Origin: an uncultured Gemmatimonadales bacterium
GTDB taxonomy: Bacteria; Gemmatimonadota; Gemmatimonadetes; Longimicrobiales; RSA9
Reading direction: 5' to 3'
Length of the DNA: 64,000 bases
Assembly (NCBI GenBank): GCA_963798085.1
Contig: CAWCRS010000007.1
Span: 768,001-832,000 of the forward strand
The notes under the pieces are model-generated. The model was not told the origin of the DNA, did no database searches, and was given only the letters and a program-made list of their open reading frames with translations. A program made the translations under genes and the position numbers. Positions 8,967 through 18,823 of the stretch are shown here, piece by piece (the stretch's first letter is position 1; each line of letters starts with the position of its first letter).

Positions 8967-10364
8967 ATGGGCAAGAGACTCTGGTGCATCGTCGCGCTGT
9001 TCGCCGGCACATGGCTCGGCTGCCGGGGCGCGGCCTCGCCTGCGGCCAGCGTCGCCATCACGCACGTCACGGTGATCGACGTCGCTGGCGCTGCCCCATC
9101 CCCGGATATGACCGTGCTGATCGCGGGCAATCGCATCCAGTCGATCGGGCACGAAGCGGCGCCCGCGGGCGCCACGGTGGTGGATGGGTCGGGCAAGTAT
9201 CTGATCCCGGGCCTCTGGGACATGCACATGCACGTTTCCCTGCTGCGCGGACCCGCGATTCTTCCCCTCTTCCTGGCCTGGGGCATCACGGGCGTGCGCG
9301 ACATGGGCTCGCCGGATTCGATCTTCGTCTGGCGCGACGAGATTGCGGCCGGCAGCCGCGTCGGACCCCGCATCGTTGCGGCCGGCCTGGCGTTCGTGAA
9401 CCATGCGACCGGTGCGATCACGCCCAGCACCTGGGGTCAGGGGATCACCAATGCGGCGGACGCGCCGCAGGCTGTGGCGCGCGTTGCGGAACACGCCGAC
9501 TACGTGAAGATCCAGGATTCGTTCATGCGCAGGGACGTGTGGCTCGCGCTCGCCCGCGAGGCCAGGGCACGGCGCATGCCGATTGCCGGCCACGTGCCGT
9601 TCGGCCTCACCCTCGAGGAAGCGATCGACAGCGGCCTGACCAGCATCGAGCACTCGCTCGGCCTCGCGCCCGCCTTCACAAACCACGAGAGGGAGCTGCG
9701 CAATCGCGTGCTGGCACAGAAAGACGATGCACAACGCTATAACGCGCTGTATGCCGCGGACGCGGAGGCCGTGGGGCACATCGACAGCACGCGCGTCCGC
9801 GCGCTGGCTGCGCTCATGGTGCAGCGGGGTGTGGCGCTGGATGCCACGCTCAAGGATCTGGAATCAGAAGCCTTCGCCGCGTCCGGCCGCTGGAACGATG
9901 ATCCGCGTCTCGAGGACCTGGCGCCGGACCTCGTGAACGACTGGCGCAATCAGGGCGCCCACGATTTCAATGCGACGAGCACCGCGAATCTGCGTGTGAC
10001 GTTCGCCGCCATGCCGGCACTCGTTGCACGGCTGGAGCACCTCGGCGTCATGATTCTCGCCGGTACGGATGCGGGCGCGATGTTCGATTTCCCCGCGACC
10101 GATCTGCACCGCGAGCTGGAGCTCCTGGTCGAAGGCGGGCTCACGCCCGTGGAGGCGTTGCGATCGGCCACGCTCGATCCGGCCCGTTACCTGGGACTCG
10201 CGGACTCGCTCGGGGTCATCCGCGCCGGCTACGTGGCCGATCTCGTACTCCTCAATGCCGATCCCCTGCAGGACATCCACAACACCCGGCGCATCGCTGC
10301 GGTCATCCGCAACGGCCAGGTGCTGGACCGCGCTGCGTTGGCTGGCATGCGCGAGCGCCGGTGA
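8967..10364 (+). CDS. Amidohydrolase family protein, secreted or lipoprotein
   Basis: Signal peptide ending LGC; IPGLWDMHMH, AGTD and ADLVLLNADPL motifs. Confidence 0.9.
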   Translation: MGKRLWCIVALFAGTWLGCRGAASPAASVAITHVTVIDVAGAAPSPDMTVLIAGNRIQSIGHEAAPAGATVVDGSGKYLIPGLWDMHMHVSLLRGPAILPLFLAWGITGVRDMGSPDSIFVWRDEIAAGSRVGPRIVAAGLAFVNHATGAITPSTWGQGITNAADAPQAVARVAEHADYVKIQDSFMRRDVWLALAREARARRMPIAGHVPFGLTLEEAIDSGLTSIEHSLGLAPAFTNHERELRNRVLAQKDDAQRYNALYAADAEAVGHIDSTRVRALAALMVQRGVALDATLKDLESEAFAASGRWNDDPRLEDLAPDLVNDWRNQGAHDFNATSTANLRVTFAAMPALVARLEHLGVMILAGTDAGAMFDFPATDLHRELELLVEGGLTPVEALRSATLDPARYLGLADSLGVIRAGYVADLVLLNADPLQDIHNTRRIAAVIRNGQVLDRAALAGMRERR

Positions 10365-10405
10365 TGCCGTGACCGGCAGCCCGCGACGGGTCTAACCGTA
10401 TACTA

Positions 10406-11548
10406 TCAACGCGCCAGCAGGCGGACGGACAATCCGCCGTTCGAGGTCGCGAACAGCTCGAGCAGTGCCGGATCGGGAGGCAGTCGCTCGGGCTGGAGCA
10501 GGGCGAGCCGCCATTCGCGCAGGGGTCCGCGCGCCAGCGCGTTCAGCTCAGCGAGCACGGCGAGGGCCGTGTTGCGCTCGCCCGTGCGCACGCCGTAGGG
10601 AGGGTTGGTGACCAGCCAGCCGGGCTCTGCGGGCGCCACGAGGGCGGAAAGCGGTCGCACCGCGAACTCGATGTCATCGAGCACACCGGCGCGGGCGGCA
10701 TTCTCCTTCGCCGCCCGGATGGCCCCGCCGTTCCGATCAGAGGCGACAATGCGCGTTCCGCTCCGTTCCCGCACCTGCGCTCTCGCATCGTCCACCACCT
10801 GTCGCCAGAGCGCAAGATCGAAGCCCGGCCATTGCGTGAAGGCGAACGCGCGCGGCTGCCGCTCGGCGCCGGCAATGCCGGGCGCAATGTTGCGGGCCAG
10901 CAGCGCGGCCTCAATGGCGATCGTGCCGGAGCCGCAGAGCGGGTCGAGCAGCGGCGCGCGCGGATCCCACGCCGAGGCCAGCAGCATCGCGGCGGCCAGC
11001 GTCTCACGCAGAGGCGCTTTCGCGAGTGCCTGACGGTACCCGCGCTGGTGCAGCAGCGCGCCCGACGCATCCGCGCGCACGAGGCAGCGGTCGCGCAGGA
11101 AACGAACGACGAAGAGCTGACCCGTGTCGTCGCCTGCATCCTGATCTTCCGCCGCATGCGCGACACCGCGTGCGCCTGTGCTCGCTTCGATGGCTTCGAG
11201 GAAACGCTCGGCGACCGCGCCTTCGTGGTAGAGTCGGGATTTCCGGCAGGTGACACGCAGTGCCACGGGGCGGCCGGCATTGAGGAAGCCGGACCAGGGC
11301 AGTGCGCGGGCGTGTCGTTCCAGCTCGAAGAATGTGCGTGCGCGGAAGTCGCCGATACCGGCTGTTATGCGGCTGGCAGTGCGCGACCACAGATTCGCGA
11401 TGCACAGGTCGCGCGCGCCCCCGTCCCACGACACGCCGCCCTGCTCGATCGTGCCGTGGATGTTCAGGGCAGCGAGTTCGGTCGCGAGCACGCGCTCGAG
11501 ACCGGGCGTGCTGACCGCGAACAGCGGCAATTTCGCCGCGCCGCTCAC
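10406..11548 (-). CDS. THUMP-domain class I SAM-dependent RNA methyltransferase (RlmL-like)
   Basis: PGLERVL, LHQRGYR, APLRETLAAA, DPLCGSGT and NPPYG motifs; GTG start overlaps the permease stop. Confidence 0.88.
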   Translation of the reverse strand: MSGAAKLPLFAVSTPGLERVLATELAALNIHGTIEQGGVSWDGGARDLCIANLWSRTASRITAGIGDFRARTFFELERHARALPWSGFLNAGRPVALRVTCRKSRLYHEGAVAERFLEAIEASTGARGVAHAAEDQDAGDDTGQLFVVRFLRDRCLVRADASGALLHQRGYRQALAKAPLRETLAAAMLLASAWDPRAPLLDPLCGSGTIAIEAALLARNIAPGIAGAERQPRAFAFTQWPGFDLALWRQVVDDARAQVRERSGTRIVASDRNGGAIRAAKENAARAGVLDDIEFAVRPLSALVAPAEPGWLVTNPPYGVRTGERNTALAVLAELNALARGPLREWRLALLQPERLPPDPALLELFATSNGGLSVRLLAR

Positions 11549-14001
11549 TCCGTGCGCAGTGCGTGCATTGGATCGACGTGCGCCGCCCGCCTGGCCGGTA
11601 CCCACGAGGCGAGGACCCCGACGCCGCCCAGCAGTGCGGGCACGGCGAGGAACGTGAGCGCGTCGGTCGCATGCACGCCGTAGAGGAATCCCGATAACAG
11701 CCATGTCAGCGCGGCCGCGAGCGCCAGGCCGATGGCACAGCCCACCCCGATGAGCTTCACGCCGCCGCCCGTGAGCAGACCCACGACGTCGCGCTGGCTG
11801 GCGCCCAGCGCCGCACGGATGCCCACCTCGCGCGTGCGCCGCGCCACCGCGTAGCTGACCATGCCGTACAGTCCCACGGCCGCTAACAGCAGTGCCAGCC
11901 CGCCGAATACGGAGAGCAGCAGGGCCGCCATGCGCGGCGGATAGAGCAGCAGTGCCAGGTGCTGCTCCATGGTCTTCGCTTCCATGATCACGATGCGAGG
12001 GTTGATGGCGAGCGCGGTCCGCTGCGCCGCCGCCACCAGCTGCGGCGCGGGCAGTGAGCCGTGCAGCACGAACATCATGGATGGAATGTACGTCTGCGCA
12101 CTGTTCAGATAGAAGTAGGGCCGCGGCGCCTCGCCCAGTGTCCGCACTTTGGTGTCGCGCACCACGCCCACGACGCGCACCGGCGTATCGCGGGTGCGGC
12201 CGAGGTAGAAGATCTGGCCGACGGCATCGCCGCCCGGCCAGAACTGCCTCGCCGCCGCTTCGCTGATCACCGCGACGCGCGCGGTGCCCGCGCCGTCCGC
12301 GTCGGTGAACACGCGCCCCGCCATCAACGGAATGTGCAGCAGATCGAAGTAGGCGCCGTCGACGTGCGTGAAATCGACGTCCCATGTCTTCTGGCCGGGC
12401 GGCGGCTGCACGCCGTCGACGGAGATGTTCTCGGTCTGGATGGCGGCGCCCAGCGGCAGCCGGTCCGCGAGCGCGACCCCCGTCACGCCGGGCAGCGCGC
12501 GCAGCGCGTCCACCAGCTGGCGCTGCACGGGCGGGCCCGACTTGTCGTCGAAACCGCTCATGTCGAGCTGCGGCCAGAGAATCGCGGCCGGTCCGATGTC
12601 GAAGCCCGGGTCAATGCGCTGCGCCTTGTCCAGACTGCGCAGGAACAGGCCGGCGCCCACGAGCAGCAGCACGGAAACGGCCATCTGGGCGACGACGAGT
12701 GCGCCGCGCAGCGTGACCCTGCGCCGGCCGCCGATCACGCCGCCGGCTTCATCGCGCAACACCGATGACATGTCGGCGCGCGTGGCCTGCAGCCCCGGCG
12801 CCAGTCCGAACGCGATGCCGGCGACGATCGAGATGGCCAGCGTGAAGAGCAGCACGTGGCTGTCGATGCCCACGTTCAGGTGCACGGGAATCGGCAGTGG
12901 CGGCTGGAAGCTCGTGAGCAGACGCAGCGCCCACTGCGCGAGCAGCACCGCCGCCACACCACCGAGCAGTGATAACAGGATGCTCTCGACGACGAGCTGG
13001 CGCACCAGCTGCCAGCGATGCGCGCCCAGCGAAAGCCGTACGGCGATCTCGCGGCGGCGGTCCGTGGCGCGCGCCAGCAGGAAGCTCGCCAGGTTGGCGC
13101 ACGCGATCAGCAGCACCAGACCGACCACCGCGAGCAGCAGTCCCGCGACCGGGTACAGTGCGCGATCGACTGCCGGATGGATCGCGACGCTGCTCGAGGG
13201 CACCAGCGACATGCGCCTGGCGGTATTGGATTCCGGGTACTGCTTCTCGAGGCGCGCGCTGATGGCGCCCACGGCGACGCCGGCCTGCGCCAGACTCACG
13301 CCCGGCTTGAGCCGGCCAACCAGGAAGAGGCTGCGGCTGCCGCGCGTGGTGAGCCTGTCGCTGCCTGCCGGGTTCAGGTCGTTCGCCATCATCATGGGCA
13401 GATACATGTCCGTGTCGACCATCGGGTACATGCCCTTGAACTGCGGCGCCAGAACGCCGATCACGGTGTAGGCGCGCCGGTTGAGCTGCACGGTGCGGCC
13501 GATGACGCCGGGATCCGCGTTGAAGGCGCGGCGCCAGTAGGCGTCGCCCAGCACGGCCACCGGATTGCGTCCCGGCACGGCTGTTTCCTCGGGCGCGAAG
13601 GTACGCCCTAACACCGCGTTGAGCCCGAGGACGGAGAAGAAGTTGCCCGACACCAGCTCGCCCATGACCATGCTGGTGGTTTCGTCGCGCTCGGCCTGGG
13701 CCAGGAACAGCTCGTGCGCCAGTACGCCGTCGAACACGGTGGCCGACTGCCTCAGGTCTTCGTAATCCGGATACGATGACGTGGCGTAGACGATGCCGTT
13801 GTCGTCGCTGGTGTAGATGTTCACCAGGTTCTGCGGCGAGGCGACGGCGAGGTCGCGCAGCAGCAGGGAATTGACCACGCTGAAGATGGCGGTGTTGGCG
13901 CCAATGCCGAGCGCCAGCGAGAGCACCGCCACCGTAGTGAAAAGGGGACTGCCGATGAGCCGGCGCAGGCCGTAGCGCACGTCGCGCAGCACGAGTTCCA
14001 T
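11545..14001 (-). CDS. ADOP-family duplicated ABC permease
   Basis: RDVRYGLRRL, LALGIGANTAIFS, ACANLASFLLAR, RTREVGIRAALGA, DPMHALRTE. Confidence 0.92.
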   Translation of the reverse strand: MELVLRDVRYGLRRLIGSPLFTTVAVLSLALGIGANTAIFSVVNSLLLRDLAVASPQNLVNIYTSDDNGIVYATSSYPDYEDLRQSATVFDGVLAHELFLAQAERDETTSMVMGELVSGNFFSVLGLNAVLGRTFAPEETAVPGRNPVAVLGDAYWRRAFNADPGVIGRTVQLNRRAYTVIGVLAPQFKGMYPMVDTDMYLPMMMANDLNPAGSDRLTTRGSRSLFLVGRLKPGVSLAQAGVAVGAISARLEKQYPESNTARRMSLVPSSSVAIHPAVDRALYPVAGLLLAVVGLVLLIACANLASFLLARATDRRREIAVRLSLGAHRWQLVRQLVVESILLSLLGGVAAVLLAQWALRLLTSFQPPLPIPVHLNVGIDSHVLLFTLAISIVAGIAFGLAPGLQATRADMSSVLRDEAGGVIGGRRRVTLRGALVVAQMAVSVLLLVGAGLFLRSLDKAQRIDPGFDIGPAAILWPQLDMSGFDDKSGPPVQRQLVDALRALPGVTGVALADRLPLGAAIQTENISVDGVQPPPGQKTWDVDFTHVDGAYFDLLHIPLMAGRVFTDADGAGTARVAVISEAAARQFWPGGDAVGQIFYLGRTRDTPVRVVGVVRDTKVRTLGEAPRPYFYLNSAQTYIPSMMFVLHGSLPAPQLVAAAQRTALAINPRIVIMEAKTMEQHLALLLYPPRMAALLLSVFGGLALLLAAVGLYGMVSYAVARRTREVGIRAALGASQRDVVGLLTGGGVKLIGVGCAIGLALAAALTWLLSGFLYGVHATDALTFLAVPALLGGVGVLASWVPARRAAHVDPMHALRTE

Positions 14002-14106
14002 GAGGTACCTCGGTCGGAGGCAGAGGGCCTGGGGCCCGCCGCGCACGACGTCCGCACGGTCGTGGCGACGAGCCCCGTACGCACTGCGCGAGATGCCGGT
14101 TTCGCG

Positions 14107-15318
14107 CTACTTGTACTTCTCGTAATCCTTGAGCAGCGACGTCTCGCCGCCGTGCAGGTACTTCGCCTTGCCCAGCTCTGTCGTGTAGCGCCCCGCGAGC
14201 ATGGTGCTGGCGGTGAGGTCGTTGTTCTGCCAGCCGCTGCTGGCGTAGTACGACGCGACCGTCCAGTCGTAATTGATGTAGTGGAACCACTCGATCTCCG
14301 GGCGCTGCTCGATGAGCTGGAAGTACGGCGTGAACCATTCGTCCCATGCCGCCTGAGCGGCGGCCGGGCTGCCGAAGTCGTACTTCGAGGGCGAGCTTTC
14401 CGCGATCATGACGGGTCGCGCACTCGCCACCGCCATGTCGAGGAAGGCGAGCGTGCGGCCGAACTGCGTGAGATCGTTGCGGCCCGCCACCGTGGTCGGT
14501 CCGGATACGTCGGCTTTGGCAAACAGATCGATCGAGAACCAGTCGACGACGTCGTTGCCCGGGAACCAGCGATGCTCTCCCGCACTGTTCGTGTCCGCGA
14601 AATCGCCGGGCGCTGCCGGCTCGTAGCACCACACAAACGCAATGTTGGAGACACCCGCCTGGCGGAACACGCCCACGATCTTGCGGAATGCCTGCGGAAA
14701 CGCGAACGGGTGATAGCCGTTCCACGAGCCGTTGAACTCGCCGCCAATGCGGGCCAGCACGGGCCTGTGGAAGTCGCGGATCACGTTGACGAGGTCATTG
14801 ATGCGGCCGTCATAGACGGAACCGCCGGCAACATCATCGTCGATGCCGAACAGCTTGTCCTGCATGGTGTCCAGCTCGGCGGGCGTGGGCTGATTGCCCC
14901 GCAGCCCGATGTCGAGCACGGGAATGAGCCCGGCCTGATCGAGGGACTGCAGCTGCTGCGCGATCAGCTGCGGCCGCCAGCCGCGGGGCGTGTCACCGAT
15001 TTCGATGAAGACCAGCTGCGACGCCGGGTGCAGGCCGGCCGGCAGGAGTGACAGGTACCTGGTGTTGTAGTCCTCCCACTGGCCCATCCCGTGAACCACC
15101 CGGCCCAGCGGCGGCTCGAACTTCGCGCCATAGCGGTAGACCGGCGTCGTCGCGGTGCTCCCCGAGTCACCATGGTCGGGCGCTACCGGCTCGATGGCCG
15201 AACAGGCGGAGAGCAGGGCAAGGCCCATGGTGATGGCCAGGGTCATGGTGGCTTGCGATGCCAGCACGAGCCTGTGCAGCATACGCGAACCGGTTGCGAT
15301 TACTCCGTGGCGTCTCAT
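14107..15318 (-). CDS. Glycoside hydrolase family 26-like lipoprotein (start uncertain: 15318, 15282 or 15246)
   Basis: Lipobox-like LLSAC; RIGGEFNGSW acid/base motif; FPGNDVVDW; PVMIAE nucleophile motif. Confidence 0.75.
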   Translation of the reverse strand: MRRHGVIATGSRMLHRLVLASQATMTLAITMGLALLSACSAIEPVAPDHGDSGSTATTPVYRYGAKFEPPLGRVVHGMGQWEDYNTRYLSLLPAGLHPASQLVFIEIGDTPRGWRPQLIAQQLQSLDQAGLIPVLDIGLRGNQPTPAELDTMQDKLFGIDDDVAGGSVYDGRINDLVNVIRDFHRPVLARIGGEFNGSWNGYHPFAFPQAFRKIVGVFRQAGVSNIAFVWCYEPAAPGDFADTNSAGEHRWFPGNDVVDWFSIDLFAKADVSGPTTVAGRNDLTQFGRTLAFLDMAVASARPVMIAESSPSKYDFGSPAAAQAAWDEWFTPYFQLIEQRPEIEWFHYINYDWTVASYYASSGWQNNDLTASTMLAGRYTTELGKAKYLHGGETSLLKDYEKYK

Positions 15319-15492
15319 TGTCCGTTCCGGGAGCCTGGGCCGGTGCGGGAATGCCCGACCCGTTTCTTCGACCATGGAATCGCTGAGCGGTCCCGGTTCT
15401 GACACGCGGTGTATCAGACCGTATGCGTCCGCTGGCACCAGCCAGGCGCTGCGCACGTATGGAACAGACGCACAAAGCATTTGGAGGCCTGC

Positions 15493-15705
15493 ATGCATTG
15501 CCTGGGAATTCGACCGCCACCCGCCTGTCCCCGCTGCGGCTCGCGCGACACCATACGTGTCGTCCTGCACCAGCCTCGCCCCGACCTGCCGCGGCGCACG
15601 GGACCGGCGCCACCACTGCTCCGGCGCCTCGGCCTGAGTGTGGACGAAACGGACCGCGTCTGCAAACGCTGCGGTTATCAGTGGCGCTCCGCGCTGGCGC
15701 TCTGA
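15493..15705 (+). CDS. Small Zn-ribbon protein (CPRC...CKRC)
   Basis: GGAGG RBS at 15483; 70 aa with two CxxC pairs ending in CGYQW. Confidence 0.6.
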   Translation: MHCLGIRPPPACPRCGSRDTIRVVLHQPRPDLPRRTGPAPPLLRRLGLSVDETDRVCKRCGYQWRSALAL

Positions 15706-15893
15706 GCGGCTCGCGCGCGACGTCGTTACGCACGTGTCCGGCAGCCCGCCACCCTCGTTGCCGCTGAACGGTTGCGGCGATCGTGTGTAGCATTGAGCGC
15801 GAAAGGCACCGGACGCGCTGACGGGGGCTTGGGCCGGAAGGGACGCGGATTCGCCACGAGTCCGCGCCGGATCGCGAGTGCGGAGTTCCCTAC

Positions 15894-17097
15894 ATGAGCA
15901 GTCAGCGTGGAACGATTGCGATACTGACGGGCGGCGGCGATGTGCCCGGCCTCAATCCCGCCATACGTGCTCTCACGATCCGCGCGTCGCGCGAAGGTTA
16001 TCGCGTGCTGGGCATCCGTCGCGGCTGGGCCGGCCTGGTGGACCTGGTGCCGCGAGCCGGCGCGGACAACAGCGAATGCGTGCAGGAGCTGACCGAACCG
16101 ATGGTGAATCGCGCCGGTCGCACGGGCGGCACTTTCCTGCACACGTCGCGCACCCGACCCAGCGCGCTGCCGCTCAGCGATGTGCCGCCCCACCTGAAAG
16201 ACCGTTACCAGCCGGAAGTCAACGACGTCACTCCTGACGTCCTGCACAACCTCGAATTCCTGGGCGTCGATGTGCTGATTCCCATCGGTGGTGACGACAC
16301 GCTGAGTTACGCGGAGCGACTGCACAGGGACGGGCTGAACGTCGTCGCCATCCCCAAGACGATGGACAACGATGTGCCCGGGCACCGACTACTGCATCGG
16401 CTTCAGTACCTGCGTCACGCGCACCATCGAGCTGGCGCACAAGCTGCGCACATCGGCCGGCTCGCACGAACGCATCCTGGTCGTCGAGGTGTTCGGCCGC
16501 TACGCCGGGTTCACCGCGCTGCTGCCGACCATGGCGGGCGCCGCCGATCGCTGTGTGATCCCGGAATACCCTTTCGATGCCGAGCGCCTGACGGAATTGC
16601 TGGTCTACGATCGCAATCGCAATCCCAGCCGCTACTCGGTGGTGCTGGTCTCGGAGGGCGCAACCATGGCGCACGCGGGCGGCGCGATGTCGTTCGAAGG
16701 CGAGGAGGCGGACCAGTACGGGCACCGCAAGCTGGGCGGCATTGGCGACGTGGTGGGGGCGGCCCTGCAGAGCGCCAGCCCGCGCTACAACAACGGCCGG
16801 CGCATCAACGTGGTGAATCAGCGCCTGGGATACCTCGTGCGTTCCGGCGATCCTGATGCGCTCGATTCCATCGTGCCCATGGCCTTCGGCAACCTTGCGC
16901 TCGACCTGGTGCTGGCGCGGCGCTACGGCCTGCTGGTGAGCGTGCACCGGGGCCGCTACGACACGGTCCCGCTGGAACGGCTGTCGGCCGAGAAGAAGAT
17001 GGTCGACATAACCAAGTATTACAACGTGGACCGCCTGCGCCCCAATTACGCGACCTTCGAAGGCAGTCCCCTGTTCATCATGACCAGCGACGCGTAG
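15894..17097 (+). CDS. pfkA: 6-phosphofructokinase (PfkA family), frameshifted near 16380
   Basis: [31 protein letters not shown], then EVFGRYAG and LGYLVRSG in the next frame. Confidence 0.9.
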
Positions 17098-17216
17098 CGG
17101 CCCGACCACCGCGCCGATCCCATTGACACGGTGTCCGGCGCAGCCGTTCGCAGCGCTGTGCGCTCATGCACACCGCAGATTGCGCTCAACCTGACACGGA
17201 ACAGCGGAGAAAGAGC

Positions 17217-17924
17217 GTGGCCGGAGCGGAAGGAAAACATCAGCGCACATTGCAGTTCCTGCTCGCGGGATTCGAGCGACGCGTGCTGCCGAAACTCGCG
17301 GCCGCTCTGCCGGGCTGGGTCCTGCCCGACCATCTCACCCTGCTGGGACTGCTCGCTTCCACCGGCATTGCGGCCTCGTACGTCGCCACCAACCGCAGCG
17401 AGCAGTGGCTGTGGGCAGCAAGCGCACTGCTCGTGGTGCAGTGGTTCGGCGACAGTCTCGACGGCACCCTCGCGCGCTTCCGCCGGATCGAGCGGCCGCG
17501 CTACGGCTACTACCTCGATCACCTGACGGACGCGTGGTCCACCTTCGTGATCGGCCTGGGTCTCGGCCTCTCGCCCTACATGCTGCTCTCCGTCGGCCTC
17601 GCCATTGTCATTGCATATCTCGTGTTATCCATCAACGTGTACCTCGAGACGCACGTGTTCGGCGAGTTCGGCTTCGGCTACGGCATGCTGGGACCGACCG
17701 AGGTGCGCGTGCTGCTGCTGCTGCTCAACATGATGGCGCTCTTCGGTCGGCCTTTGCGTTTCCATGTGCTGGGCGTGGGCATGACCGCGTTCGACATTGG
17801 CGGCATCCTTGCCGCTGGTGGCATGTTCGGCCTGCTGCTGGTGCGGGCGCTGGGCAATCTGCGTCGGCTGGCGCAGCTCGAGCCTGCCCGGCGCGACAAC
17901 CGGCCGCCCACGGGTGGGGCGTAA
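17217..17924 (+). CDS. CDP-alcohol phosphatidyltransferase family protein
   Basis: PDHLT and GDSLDGTLAR...YGYYLDHLTD signature. Confidence 0.9.
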   Translation: MAGAEGKHQRTLQFLLAGFERRVLPKLAAALPGWVLPDHLTLLGLLASTGIAASYVATNRSEQWLWAASALLVVQWFGDSLDGTLARFRRIERPRYGYYLDHLTDAWSTFVIGLGLGLSPYMLLSVGLAIVIAYLVLSINVYLETHVFGEFGFGYGMLGPTEVRVLLLLLNMMALFGRPLRFHVLGVGMTAFDIGGILAAGGMFGLLLVRALGNLRRLAQLEPARRDNRPPTGGA

Positions 17925-18087
17925 GAAGACACCAGGGAAGGCGCCCCGCCGGCGGCACCTGAGAGGCTCCAAGACCGCGCACCCGCGGCGCACCGATCGT
18001 CAGCCGTCACCACGCCCGCGTCTGATCTCGCATTTTCCGCACTGCTGCGGACGCATTCCGTTGCGCCACTCGAGAGCCTCGCATTCT

Positions 18088-18125
18088 GTAACCATCTTGA
18101 CAGTTTTATCAGGTTACGATACGTT
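18088..18125 (+). promoter_or_regulatory. Sigma70 promoter (TTGACA-N17-TACGTT) overlapped by a GTAACC-N18-GGTTAC inverted repeat
   Basis: -35 at 18097-18102 and -10 at 18120-18125; GTG start follows after 6 nt with no RBS. Confidence 0.65.
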
Positions 18126-18131
18126 CGCGTC

Positions 18132-18723
18132 GTGCAAACCGATTGGCACGCACTGGAATTCACCAGGACACGGGGCTGGGAGGCGCGCGACCGTCACACG
18201 GATGACCTGGCGGCGTTCGACGGTCTGGTCGCGTGGTGCGAGCGGCGCGGGATGCTCTCGACCGGCCTCGCGCGCCGCTACCGCGGGCTGGGGCGGGAGC
18301 GGCCGGCAGCAGCGCGCGTGGCCGCCAGACGAGCGCGCGACCTGCGGCAGCTGATCTACGACGTCCTGCGTCAGGCCGGCACCGGAAAGGCGGTGACGCC
18401 CGCGCAGCTGCGCGAGGTCACCGAGTGGACGCGGCGGTACTCGGCTGTGCGCCATCTCCGTCGCCACGTCCGGCGGCTACGCGTGGGAGTGGCAGTTCGA
18501 CGAGGAGCGCCTGGACCACCCGTTGGCGCCGATCGCGTGGTCCATGGCGGAGCTGCTCGTGGCCCCGGAACTGGCGCGCGTGCGGCTCTGCGAAGGGGAC
18601 GACTGCGGCTGGCTGTTCGTGGACGGTAGCCGTGCGGGGTCACGCCGCTGGTGCGACATGTCGGACTGCGGCAACCTCGCCAAGGTGCGGGCCTTTCGCG
18701 CACGGAACCGCTCTGACCCATGA
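18132..18723 (+). CDS. ABATE/CGNR zinc-finger protein, frameshifted near 18459
   Basis: ALEFTRT..D.L...LVAW N-terminus; CEGDDCGWLFVDGSRAGSRRWCDMSDCGN C-terminus. Confidence 0.88.
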
Positions 18724-18823
18724 CGTCCGCTGCCCTGCGACCGCGGCCAGGCACGGTAAACGGCGTGCGCGGGTTCTCGCGCTTCCTTCAACGGCTCGGA
18801 GACAATCCAGGAGGGTGACTGCA

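Noticed and set aside
16372..16390. Programmed ribosomal frameshift in pfkA
   Set aside because: No slippery heptamer; same +1 duplication pattern as five other genes
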